A DNA stretch of 44,168 bases from a virus. Its lineage: Duplodnaviria > Caudoviricetes. Under the pieces are notes generated by a model. The model was not told where the DNA came from. It saw nothing but the letters and a program-made list of their open reading frames with translations, and searched no databases. Shown here piece after piece: positions 36,852 through 44,168 of the stretch. The stretch lies in the IMG/VR virus record IMGVR_UViG_3300036779_000027, positions 1 through 44,168 of that record. The stretch is one strand, 5' to 3'. Every line of letters begins with the position of its first letter. The stretch's first letter is position 1. The position numbers and the translations under genes were made by a program.

Positions 36852-38476
36852 CTTCTGCCTCCTTGTGTTCTAAGGAACCGCTTTGGTGGACCCGGTGTAC
36901 CTGCCCGTGTCACCGCACCACCACCGCCGCCACCGTGCTCGCGTAACAGTCGGTTCATGTGTTCTTTTTCCTTGTCCGACAGTTCGCCCTTGGCGTGGCG
37001 TGCTTGCAGTGACTTTAGCTCCTCGCGCTGTCTGGCGGCGGTTGTCGCCTGCCGTTCCCGCGCCGGACCTTCACGCTCGCGTTGTGTCATGCTGATGTTT
37101 TGACCTAGCGGCAGACTACCTGCCTTCTTACCGCGTGACTCCGGTGACCGTTTCTTACCCTGACTAAAGAAACTCTGTTGTGTCTTGTAACCGGTGCTCG
37201 CCGGTGCCTGTCCCTTTTTCGGCATCACCACCACCGGATCGCGTTGTACACCTTCCGGTGTCTCCGCTTTCCTTGGGTTGCGTGGTGACGGTTTTGGCGT
37301 GTTGCGTTCCTTTTTCTCCGGGAACACTTCGGTCTGCGCCTTCATCTCGGCAAAGGTCGGTCTGGTAGACGGCGTGGTCTTGCGTAACTCCGGTGGCTCG
37401 ACCACCGTGCTGGTACGACCTCGATTGGCCCAACCCTTTTTGGCACCTTCGGAAGTACCTTCGTCACCGGTCAAACGGTTACCGCTCGACTTCAGTCCAC
37501 CAAACATCGGACCAAACCGACCGCTGTCACCGTTCTGCTTTGGTGCCGACGCCAGTATCTTCTTCATGTCGATCGGCGCGGATGCGAGTGACTTCGCCAC
37601 GGTTTGCAGATAGTCATTCAAAGCCTGCATACACTGTTGATCGGTCGGTCCATCGCGGAACGCGCGATCGTGATGACCACCCTGCGCCGAACGCCCACGG
37701 ACCACATGGCGCAGTGCCCTGCCGACACCACCGCTCAGCTTGAGTGTGTGTTCCTCCGTGGCGTGATCCACCACCTCTTCGGTCACATGTTCCAGGATAT
37801 GTTGTGTGACATGATCCAGGATGTGTCCCGCGACGTGGCCGATCGCGTGCGCGGCACCTTCTGCCAACGCCGCCGAACCCGGCACCGGCGGCACGCCCGC
37901 CGCTGTCATCAGTATCCGTAGCGCGACCTTGCGGCCAACCGCCTTCCACGCCTCTGTTTCCCGGTCACTGAACGGTCGCCCGTTCGCCGCCGTCCACAAG
38001 CTGGAACCGACACCACGCACAAGGTCGACATTCTCCTTCGCCATCTCCTTGAGGTAATTCGGGATGTTCTTGGCGAGTGCCTGACCTAGCTTCACCCGCA
38101 TCGGTGTATTGGGTGACGAAAACCCTTTGGTCAGGGTGTCGACATCATGCGGAATAGTGAAGGCTTCTTGGGCGAGTCCAGCACCTTGTGACTTTGCCGT
38201 CTGCACCGCGCGCGCGACGCGAGCGGCGGCGCCAGCCTTGACCTCTTGTGCCTGTTTACCCCAGGTGGCCAGCCGTGACTGCGGCTGCGGCTGCGGCTTT
38301 GGCCGCGCGTGGACACTGCGTGTCGGCGGCTTGGTTTCCCTCAGTCCCGGATTCACCTGTTGCGCACCCGGTCCCGCCATCGTCGCGAACCTGCCGTGAC
38401 TGCGTTTGTGCTTGGCTTCCTCAAACGGCTTTCTGTCACTTTGCAGGAAGTCGTGGAAGTGTACGTGCGTCGTCAT
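36830..38476 (-). CDS. Large basic hypothetical protein, probable capsid cargo
   Basis: N-terminal THVHFHD and D..F.E.KH.R..GRF motifs; DEGTSEGAKK motif; K/R-rich low-complexity C-terminus. Confidence 0.7.
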   Translation of the reverse strand: MTTHVHFHDFLQSDRKPFEEAKHKRSHGRFATMAGPGAQQVNPGLRETKPPTRSVHARPKPQPQPQSRLATWGKQAQEVKAGAAARVARAVQTAKSQGAGLAQEAFTIPHDVDTLTKGFSSPNTPMRVKLGQALAKNIPNYLKEMAKENVDLVRGVGSSLWTAANGRPFSDRETEAWKAVGRKVALRILMTAAGVPPVPGSAALAEGAAHAIGHVAGHILDHVTQHILEHVTEEVVDHATEEHTLKLSGGVGRALRHVVRGRSAQGGHHDRAFRDGPTDQQCMQALNDYLQTVAKSLASAPIDMKKILASAPKQNGDSGRFGPMFGGLKSSGNRLTGDEGTSEGAKKGWANRGRTSTVVEPPELRKTTPSTRPTFAEMKAQTEVFPEKKERNTPKPSPRNPRKAETPEGVQRDPVVVMPKKGQAPASTGYKTQQSFFSQGKKRSPESRGKKAGSLPLGQNISMTQREREGPARERQATTAARQREELKSLQARHAKGELSDKEKEHMNRLLREHGGGGGGAVTRAGTPGPPKRFLRTQGGRRWLTRKR

Positions 38477-38479
38477 CGG

Positions 38480-39286
38480 TCACTTCCTGCGACTGTCGTA
38501 ACCACGAAACGGTTCCGGGTCCGGTCGTTTTTGTACCTGTTTGGTGTTGACACCCGCCTTGATGTCGACACCATAGTTACCGCCGGTGCGGACACTGCCG
38601 CCTGCACGCGTGGCTGCGGCTTTCTTGGCACCTTCGGAAGTACCTGAGTCACCGGCGCGATGGGTCATACCCCAGGCATGCGCCGAGTTCCCCGGTGACG
38701 GATTACGCCACGCCTGACTGTGCGCGTGATAGGCTTGGCTGTGCGCCAGTGCCGACCGCTGGTTACCCGCTGCCTGGGCACTGGTCGCTGCGTTACGGTG
38801 GTAGGCCGCTTGCAGCGTATGGCTCTGTTGCGAGTTACGCTTTAGCGCGCCTTCCCTGGTCCCGTAATCGTGTGACGCGGAACCCAGTGTCCGTACAGGT
38901 ACATTAAAGTGATAGTGCCCCATCTCATCTCTCCCGCCCGAATCGCGGTTCACCTCTTCGCCGATCTCGGCTACGCGCTCGATGCCACGGGTAGCCGATC
39001 TGACCAGCCCGGTGCCGCGCGCGGCACCTCTACCGACCGCCGTTGCCAGCCCCGCCCCGGTAGGCTTGGCGACAGCCTGGGCGGCAGGACGCTGCGGCTT
39101 GGTCACGTTGGGCACCTTTGGCGCATTGGGTGCCCTAGGCGGCTTCGCACCGGGCGCTCTAGGCGGCTTTGCCGTGGGAGGCTTGACGGACGGCAGCTTG
39201 GGCGCAGCCGACGCCTTGGGCGTGCGGGTCGACGGGAGTGGTCCCTGATCGCCTAGCCGCACATGGTAGTGCGGCATCTCATGCAT
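38480..39286 (-). CDS. Basic low-complexity hypothetical protein, probable capsid cargo
   Basis: HYHVRLGD N-terminus, P/K-rich repeats, two D.GT(S/R)EGA.K motifs. Confidence 0.65.
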   Translation of the reverse strand: MHEMPHYHVRLGDQGPLPSTRTPKASAAPKLPSVKPPTAKPPRAPGAKPPRAPNAPKVPNVTKPQRPAAQAVAKPTGAGLATAVGRGAARGTGLVRSATRGIERVAEIGEEVNRDSGGRDEMGHYHFNVPVRTLGSASHDYGTREGALKRNSQQSHTLQAAYHRNAATSAQAAGNQRSALAHSQAYHAHSQAWRNPSPGNSAHAWGMTHRAGDSGTSEGAKKAAATRAGGSVRTGGNYGVDIKAGVNTKQVQKRPDPEPFRGYDSRRK

Positions 39287-39431
39287 GCCCTAACAAGAGT
39301 GACAAGAAGTAAATCGCCACTCCCAGCCAACCGAGATGCGGTCGTTTCACTATGGGAGTAAACAAGAAGTCCCAACAGGATTCGATCAGTACCAGGACAA
39401 AGGCGAAAACCAGCAAGATTAGCTGTAACAT
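39279..39431 (-). CDS. Small two-TM membrane protein
   Basis: Not in the ORF track (50 aa). GGAGG RBS; MLQLILLVFAFVLVLIESCWDFLFTPIVKRPHLGWLGVAIYFLSLLLGHA. Confidence 0.65.
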   Translation of the reverse strand: MLQLILLVFAFVLVLIESCWDFLFTPIVKRPHLGWLGVAIYFLSLLLGHA

Positions 39432-39457
39432 CTAAACCTCCATCACCGGTTAATCGG

Positions 39458-39877
39458 TCAATGCAGGATCAGCTTCTTGCGAGAGTCCTTGCGGTACGCC
39501 TCGATTGGCGGCTTGTAGTTGGGCCAGCACTGACGGACGGCGTTCACCACTTCCATCGCACTAGGATGAATACCTTTTGCTGCGAACTGACGCAACCAAA
39601 TCAGTAGCTGCGCGTGAATTTCTTTGTGCTCTAAATCCTTGCGACAGCAGATGATAAACCGGGCACTCGGCAGGACGAAGACACCCAATGGCGGGAACTC
39701 GTAACCAGTCTCTGCTTTGAACTTGTCGGCGTGGTGCTTGATCACATAATCCACGCGATCGATCAGTGACTGATCGAAGGTGGCAAAGCTGGAGACAAAA
39801 CGGCTCAGTGCCTGACTGAGTTCCCGTAACCCGTTTTGTACCCGTTCATCATGGTTGTCGAGCATCGGCATCGACAC
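39458..39877 (-). CDS. Hypothetical protein directly downstream of the repeat array
   Basis: AAAGGAAG RBS immediately after the last repeat unit; globular-looking 139 aa with no recognised motif. Confidence 0.7.
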   Translation of the reverse strand: MSMPMLDNHDERVQNGLRELSQALSRFVSSFATFDQSLIDRVDYVIKHHADKFKAETGYEFPPLGVFVLPSARFIICCRKDLEHKEIHAQLLIWLRQFAAKGIHPSAMEVVNAVRQCWPNYKPPIEAYRKDSRKKLILH

Positions 39878-39887
39878 TTCCTTTAGA

Positions 39888-40134
39888 TGATTCTGTCAAC
39901 AATCGTGGGTCACTCATCTATCATGTTTCTGGTCATTGTCCCTGGTTCACTTCCACATCATGCGTCTGTCTCGCACCTAGGGTTCGCTTCCCTTGCTTGT
40001 GTCTATCTCTCGAATAGGCTCGCTCGTTCACTTTGTGTCTGTCACGATGCGTGACTCGTTCGCTTTGTTTGTGTCTATCGCACTTGGTGACTCGCTTTCC
40101 CGGCCTGTGTCTATTGATGTCCTCCGGCTCGCAG
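39888..40134 (-). repeat. Array block 1 (7 units)
   Basis: TGTGTCT-like box at 39888, 39924, 39961, 39998, 40034, 40070, 40106. Confidence 0.9.
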
Positions 40135-40246
40135 ATTCTGCTTCTCTCCGTGGCCTTGGCTGCGCGTGCGCGTGCGGGTACCGGCGTTGCCGTGCCAGAC
40201 GCCATAGTGCCGACCGCATCCCGTAACAAAACGCGCACATGTTGTT

Positions 40247-40419
40247 TGTATCCAATCTCCGTGGGTGGCTCACTCGCCTTTGTTGTGTCTGTCAATTGGC
40301 ACGGGTCACTCATCTTACCTGTGTCTGTCAATTGGCACGGGTCACTCATCTTACCTGTGTCTGTCAATCTTACGGGTTCACCCTGCTTCAATGTGTCTGT
40401 CTCTTGCAATGGTTCACTC
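40247..40419 (-). repeat. Array block 2 (5 units, two identical)
   Basis: Box at 40247, 40284, 40320, 40356, 40392; units 40284-40319 and 40320-40355 are identical. Confidence 0.92.
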
Positions 40420-40444
40420 AGGACTGTCTATCCGACCAAGCGGT

Positions 40445-40630
40445 TTAGATTGGTGACCTCCACTTCTCAGCCGCTGCCTTTGGGTCGTCTTGGTAACCCT
40501 GCGGCTTGAAGTTCTGCAAACAGCGCATCGCCTTAAAGTGGATTGACGCAGTGACCGGATCGGCCATGTCGGACGCTTCGGTCAGTTGCACCACGCGCGC
40601 CAGTTCCTCAACGGTGAGATCGATGTTCAT
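40445..40630 (-). CDS. Small hypothetical protein embedded in the array
   Basis: AAAGGAA RBS directly after a repeat box; MNIDLTVEELARVVQL... Confidence 0.6.
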   Translation of the reverse strand: MNIDLTVEELARVVQLTEASDMADPVTASIHFKAMRCLQNFKPQGYQDDPKAAAEKWRSPI

Positions 40631-40645
40631 GTCACTTCATTCCTT

Positions 40646-40890
40646 TGTTTCTGTCACATGACACGGCTCGCTTGGCCCTCTGTATCTGTCTATAACCGTG
40701 ACTCACTCTCCGTGCTTGTTTCTGACTTGCTGACATGGTTCACTCATACGATCTGATTCTGTTTTCCCCACGGGTTCATTCGTCTGGGCTGTGTCTATCC
40801 GAATATTTGAGTCACTCTGATATCTTGTGTCTGTCGCTTCTAGTGGTTCACTCTCCACAAGTGTTTCAAGTCCGCAAATAGGGTTCAATC
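40646..40890 (-). repeat. Array block 3 (7 units)
   Basis: Box at 40646, 40681, 40717, 40754, 40790, 40826, 40862. Confidence 0.9.
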
Positions 40891-41160
40891 CAGCACCAGC
40901 ACGCGGCGTTTGTGCTTCGCCGGTGGTGGCACATAATCCATACCATCGATCTCGGCGAGGATACGCTGCGCGTGTTCCTCCGGGATGTGACGCACCGACC
41001 AGCCGTCGACACCGGCTTGCTTGGTTGACAGTTGCCAGCCCTTGTTACCGTGGAACAAGGTAAAGCCTTCAAGCATCGGGTACCTCGTCATCAGCAAGTA
41101 CATTCTAAATTCGTCACCGGGGTGATGCGTGTGCTCACCCAACACAAACACCGCTGGCAC
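40885..41160 (-). CDS. Small hypothetical protein embedded in the array
   Basis: ...GFTLFHGNKGWQLS...GWSV.HI...; its TGA stop lies inside a repeat box; start uncertain. Confidence 0.6.
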   Translation of the reverse strand: MPAVFVLGEHTHHPGDEFRMYLLMTRYPMLEGFTLFHGNKGWQLSTKQAGVDGWSVRHIPEEHAQRILAEIDGMDYVPPPAKHKRRVLVLD

Positions 41161-41161
41161 T

Positions 41162-41207
41162 TAGTCACTCATTCCGTTTGGTTTCTGTCACCACCAGTGG
41201 TTCGCTT
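41162..41207 (-). repeat. Isolated single array unit
   Basis: tagtcactc-attccgtt-tggtttctgtc-accaccagt-ggttcgctt. Confidence 0.7.
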
Positions 41208-41372
41208 TTGCCAATGCCGTCGCGGCGGGCGTAGCGGGCGTGCGGGCGGCTCACAGATAAAACACCGGCACTTGGCCATTTGATCCGGCTTCGTCAGCCG
41301 ATCCGCGAACGCGACAAACGCCCCAGCGGTGATCATACCAAACAACCACCCGATTGCCAGCCAGCCGAACAA
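41169..41372 (-). CDS. Small membrane protein embedded in the array
   Basis: N-terminal TM segment FGWLAIGWLFGMITAGAFVAF and a CxCxxC motif; its stop lies in a repeat box. Confidence 0.5.
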   Translation of the reverse strand: MFGWLAIGWLFGMITAGAFVAFADRLTKPDQMAKCRCFICEPPARPLRPPRRHWQKRTTGGDRNQTE

Positions 41373-41830
41373 TTACGGCGCGGGGATCGGCTCCGGGTCA
41401 CCGACCGGGCTGATGGTACCCGATACCGCTTCGCCCGCCACCACGGTGACATCAAATATGGTGATCACGTTACGCACGCCCGCGCCAAGATCGGCATCAG
41501 CGGTTGCCGAGATTTGCGCGGTGCCTAGTGTCGCGCCCGCGACTACCACGGCGTTCTGTGTATCGACTGGATCGGCAGACACGCTCACGACATCGATTGC
41601 ACTGCTATCCCACGTCACCGCGCCGTCGACAACAGCGGGGTGACCGTTTGCATCGACATAGTCGACGCGGACGTGAACTTGCATACCGCCTGGAAGTGTG
41701 TACGCCATGTCGGTTCCTTTCGCTTGAAAATGATCACAGGTTGCAGTGACTATCACCCGGCCCTCGCGCGGCGGCGGCTTTAGGATCAGTTCGATCGCGC
41801 CACCAAACGTGACCGAGATTGAGTTACTCA
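41373..41830 (-). CDS. Ig-like (Big_2-type) domain protein embedded in the array
   Basis: YVDANG.PA.VDG.VTW.SS...V..V......A.V.AG..LGTAQI.ATADADLG. Start ATG 41830, or 41708 (AAAGGAA RBS). Confidence 0.7.
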
Positions 41831-42142
41831 TGTCCACCAAAGCCGTTCGTACACCGAGATATACACGCTCGGTTGAAGTGTCTCTCTCGCAGGGTGTGAC
41901 TCGCCCATTTCTTTTGTGTCTGTCTCTTGATATGGCTCACTCGCCGTAGTTGTGTCTATCAGAGTCGATGGTTTATTACGCTCCCACGGTTCACCAAACG
42001 GGACACAGAGATAGGCCCGGTCGGCAAGCACAGTGACCGTCGTATCACCAGTCACCGGATGCGTCTGCCACTTGGTGGCCAGCGACTTGCCGCCGTCCTG
42101 GTAACCGTGGGTCGGTTGATCTTCTGGGTAAGGGTTCTTCAC
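41828..42142 (-). CDS. Possible small protein whose 3' half reads through array block 4
   Basis: GTG start lies inside a repeat box; the unique part is 41979-42135. Confidence 0.35.
   Translation of the reverse strand: MKNPYPEDQPTHGYQDGGKSLATKWQTHPVTGDTTVTVLADRAYLCVPFGEPWERNKPSTLIDTTTASEPYQETDTKEMGESHPARETLQPSVYISVYERLWWT
41877..41978 (-). repeat. Array block 4 (3 units)
   Basis: Box at 41877, 41915, 41951. Confidence 0.85.
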
Positions 42143-42517
42143 TCTCTACTACCTGTGTCTATCTGGTTATGTGGTTCACTCTCGAAGAGTGTTTCCGTCT
42201 AGTATAATGGTTCACTCCCGGATGTTGTATCTTATCGATGCATTTGGTTCACTTCGACATCTTGTGTCTAATTCCAGAGGAGTGGTTCGTTCAACGCCCT
42301 TGTGTCTAATCCGGAGATAGGGACTCGTTCCGGTCTTTCGCTTCAGTCTTCTACTATGACTCGCTTTAGTCACTCCTACTACGTGTGTCTGTCTTTTCTA
42401 ATGGCTCCTGTTCGGTGTTTCTATCCTAATCCTTTGGCTCGCTCTGAGCTATTGTGTCACTCGATTGTAATGGCTCGCTCTGGAAGAATGATTCCCGTCA
42501 TCGTAGATGACTGCGCC
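42136..42517 (-). repeat. Array block 5 (about 10 units), starting 7 nt after the portal stop
   Basis: Box at 42154, 42190, 42226, 42263, 42301, 42339, 42384, 42416, 42453, 42489. Confidence 0.88.
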
Positions 42518-42524
42518 AATAGGA

Positions 42525-44168
42525 TCACATTGCCTTGCGCGCGTCCACGAAATTCTGGAAATAGTTCCTAAAGTCGCTCAGCGTATACTCTTTTCCGCGC
42601 ATGAAGCGGTCGGGACCGGAACCGTCAGCGTAGAACCCATTGAAAACCTTCAAGACGTCACTACCCGTACCCCAGCCGAGAAACACCTTGGGCTGGTGGT
42701 ACTTCTTGGTACCGGGTTCACAGGTATCGATAACAAACACCCGATTGCTCGCTTCGTGCGGACCCAGGAACACATCGAGGCAGTCACCGTCATTGGCGAT
42801 CGTGCCAGGGAAGTAACCGTAGGCTGCGAGCATCTCCGCGCCGCCGGAACTCCCGACATGACGATGGTCACCTTGCTCACACTCGACACACACCTTGAAC
42901 CCGGCATAGTTAGCGATCCGCTTTGGCGGTCCATCCTGGTCACTGGTGTAGACATGAAAGATCGGCTTCTTGGTGCGGTGCGGTGACTCGAACGGTAACT
43001 CAGGCTCGTCATCGTCACTCGCCTTCTCGCCACCGGCACCCAATATAGTTCGCATGCCTCCCGGCAAGAACGAGGAGCGGTGCTGCTTCACCCTGCCACT
43101 GCCACCAGGAAGAAATGACCGCTCCTCGTCCTGCCCGCCGGGTTTTGGTAGCTGCCCAGGCTGACCCTCTCCAGGGAGGAAGGAGGGTGCTGGCGGCTCG
43201 CCACCCGGCCCGCTGGCACCAGGAGTCCCCACCCCAGGCGGTGACAGCGGTGGCGCGTTTTCGGCTTGGTCAATCATCTCGTCGGTGATGTTTGTCCACA
43301 CACCCGTGCGGTGACTCTGTTGCTTGAGTTCCTTAAATATCAGTGCCTGATCGGTGACAACACCGGCCTCAAAAGCCTGTAACACCTGTTGGGTGACACC
43401 GGAACTAATTTGTACCTTTTCAATCTCCTGCAACTGCCACAAGGGATTAAAGAACCAGCTAAAGCCGTTGGGTATCTTTATGCCGAGTGACTTTGCCACC
43501 ACCTCGATCAGGTTATCAACTGGTCTGCGGAACTTACGTTCCTGTTGGGATTTTATCATATCATAATAATTTCGGATGTCTGACTCACCGGTGGAGTTCA
43601 GACCAACCGGTGACTGACCAAAGAGTCTCACTAGCGGGATACCCAGAGCACCGGAGATTTGCTGACCCATCTGGATCAGCACCGCATCGAGGCCGGTAAA
43701 CGAATAAACGTCACTTTCCAAGCGGTCGTTGGCATCGAGGATTGAGATACCCTCGTTTTGTTGGTAGAACCGCAGGAAGTCGATTGCTTGTAACTGTGCC
43801 GCCAGCATGTCACCGCCGGTACCGACTGTCTCCTTCCACTTCTCGATAAACAGCTTGCGGACACTCGCACGGTTCACCAACTGCGCGGTGCTCGCAGTGG
43901 TCATATCGAACGACATCAACCGGTCCCACAAGGGTTCCAGCACCGACATGTCCCACAGGTTTTCGCTGAGCCGCTGGTAGTATGGCAGCTTGACACCATC
44001 AAACCGGATAAACCGCGTGTGATGGATTCGGGTACTCGGCGGCAATGGCGTGTCACCAACCGTGGTATAAAACTTTGGCTTGCCGTAATCGAGTGACCGT
44101 TGATCGGTGACTAGATCGGTGAGTGACGGGTCGACCAGCCAGCGGTCGAGCGGTAACAAACCGCAGAA
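42525..44168 (-). CDS. DUF1073-family portal protein with C-terminal inorganic-pyrophosphatase-like domain (5' truncated)
   Basis: LDRW.V, IHHTRFIRFDG..LP, SGALGIPLVRLFGQSP.GLNSTGESD..NYYD, F.PLWQ; C-terminal YGY..GT...DGD.LDVFLGP....VFVID.......KVFLG. The frame stays open to the window edge. Confidence 0.9.
   Translation of the reverse strand, partial: FCGLLPLDRWLVDPSLTDLVTDQRSLDYGKPKFYTTVGDTPLPPSTRIHHTRFIRFDGVKLPYYQRLSENLWDMSVLEPLWDRLMSFDMTTASTAQLVNRASVRKLFIEKWKETVGTGGDMLAAQLQAIDFLRFYQQNEGISILDANDRLESDVYSFTGLDAVLIQMGQQISGALGIPLVRLFGQSPVGLNSTGESDIRNYYDMIKSQQERKFRRPVDNLIEVVAKSLGIKIPNGFSWFFNPLWQLQEIEKVQISSGVTQQVLQAFEAGVVTDQALIFKELKQQSHRTGVWTNITDEMIDQAENAPPLSPPGVGTPGASGPGGEPPAPSFLPGEGQPGQLPKPGGQDEERSFLPGGSGRVKQHRSSFLPGGMRTILGAGGEKASDDDEPELPFESPHRTKKPIFHVYTSDQDGPPKRIANYAGFKVCVECEQGDHRHVGSSGGAEMLAAYGYFPGTIANDGDCLDVFLGPHEASNRVFVIDTCEPGTKKYHQPKVFLGWGTGSDVLKVFNGFYADGSGPDRFMRGKEYTLSDFRNYFQNFVDARKAM

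Larger units (their letters stand above)
39888..42517 (-). ncRNA. TIGR-like 36-nt dual-repeat, dual-spacer array (putative guide RNA array), interrupted by small ORFs
   Basis: About 33 units. The plus strand alternates TGTGTCT(G/A)TC and GG(T/C)TC(A/G)CTC boxes with variable 9- and 8-nt segments; period mostly 36 nt (35-38). The RNA function is inferred from architecture. Confidence 0.8.

Noticed and set aside
39458-39877. Tas/Nop-domain effector
   Set aside because: Only 139 aa and no recognisable Nop/IS110 motifs; kept as an unknown to test by structure prediction.
39933-40409. 158-aa ORF (and 40028-40273, 40703-40888, 40033-40509, 42302-42571) as 12-aa repeat proteins
   Set aside because: The 12-aa periodicity is a by-product of the 36-nt DNA unit. 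Units of 35, 37 and 38 nt shift the frame, several frames give similar pseudo-repeats, and there are no clear RBSs.
39888-42517. CRISPR array
   Set aside because: Two alternating degenerate 9-10-nt repeats with 8-9-nt spacers; no 23-47-nt repeat, no palindrome, no cas genes.
1-44168. tRNA/rRNA genes, integrase/att sites, rho-independent terminators
   Set aside because: None recognisable; the window is almost fully coding with overlapping stops and starts.

Overview
A 44-kb stretch of a tailed (contractile, myovirus-type) phage or prophage genome. Essentially all credible genes are on the minus strand and form one virion-morphogenesis operon. Read right to left: DUF1073-type portal (truncated, with a fused inorganic-pyrophosphatase-like domain); a ~12-kb accessory island (repeat array, small ORFs, basic head-cargo-like proteins, MuF, a 1353-aa polyvalent protein); DUF2213 prohead protease, scaffold, cement/decoration protein, DUF2184 major capsid; head-tail/neck genes; DUF3383 sheath, DUF3277 tube, tail chaperone with a -1 slippery site, tape measure; baseplate genes and fibres. 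Four free-standing HNH endonuclease genes are inserted in the operon. The standout feature lies just downstream of the portal (39888-42517): about 33 units (hand count) of a 36-nt dual-repeat array. On the minus strand each unit reads GAGYGARCC(A)-8/9 variable nt-GAYAGAHACA-8 variable nt. The array is split into blocks by small ORFs and has the architecture of a TIGR (tandem interspaced guide RNA) array, but no Nop-domain Tas gene is visible in the window. All family assignments are from motif recognition by eye, not database searches.
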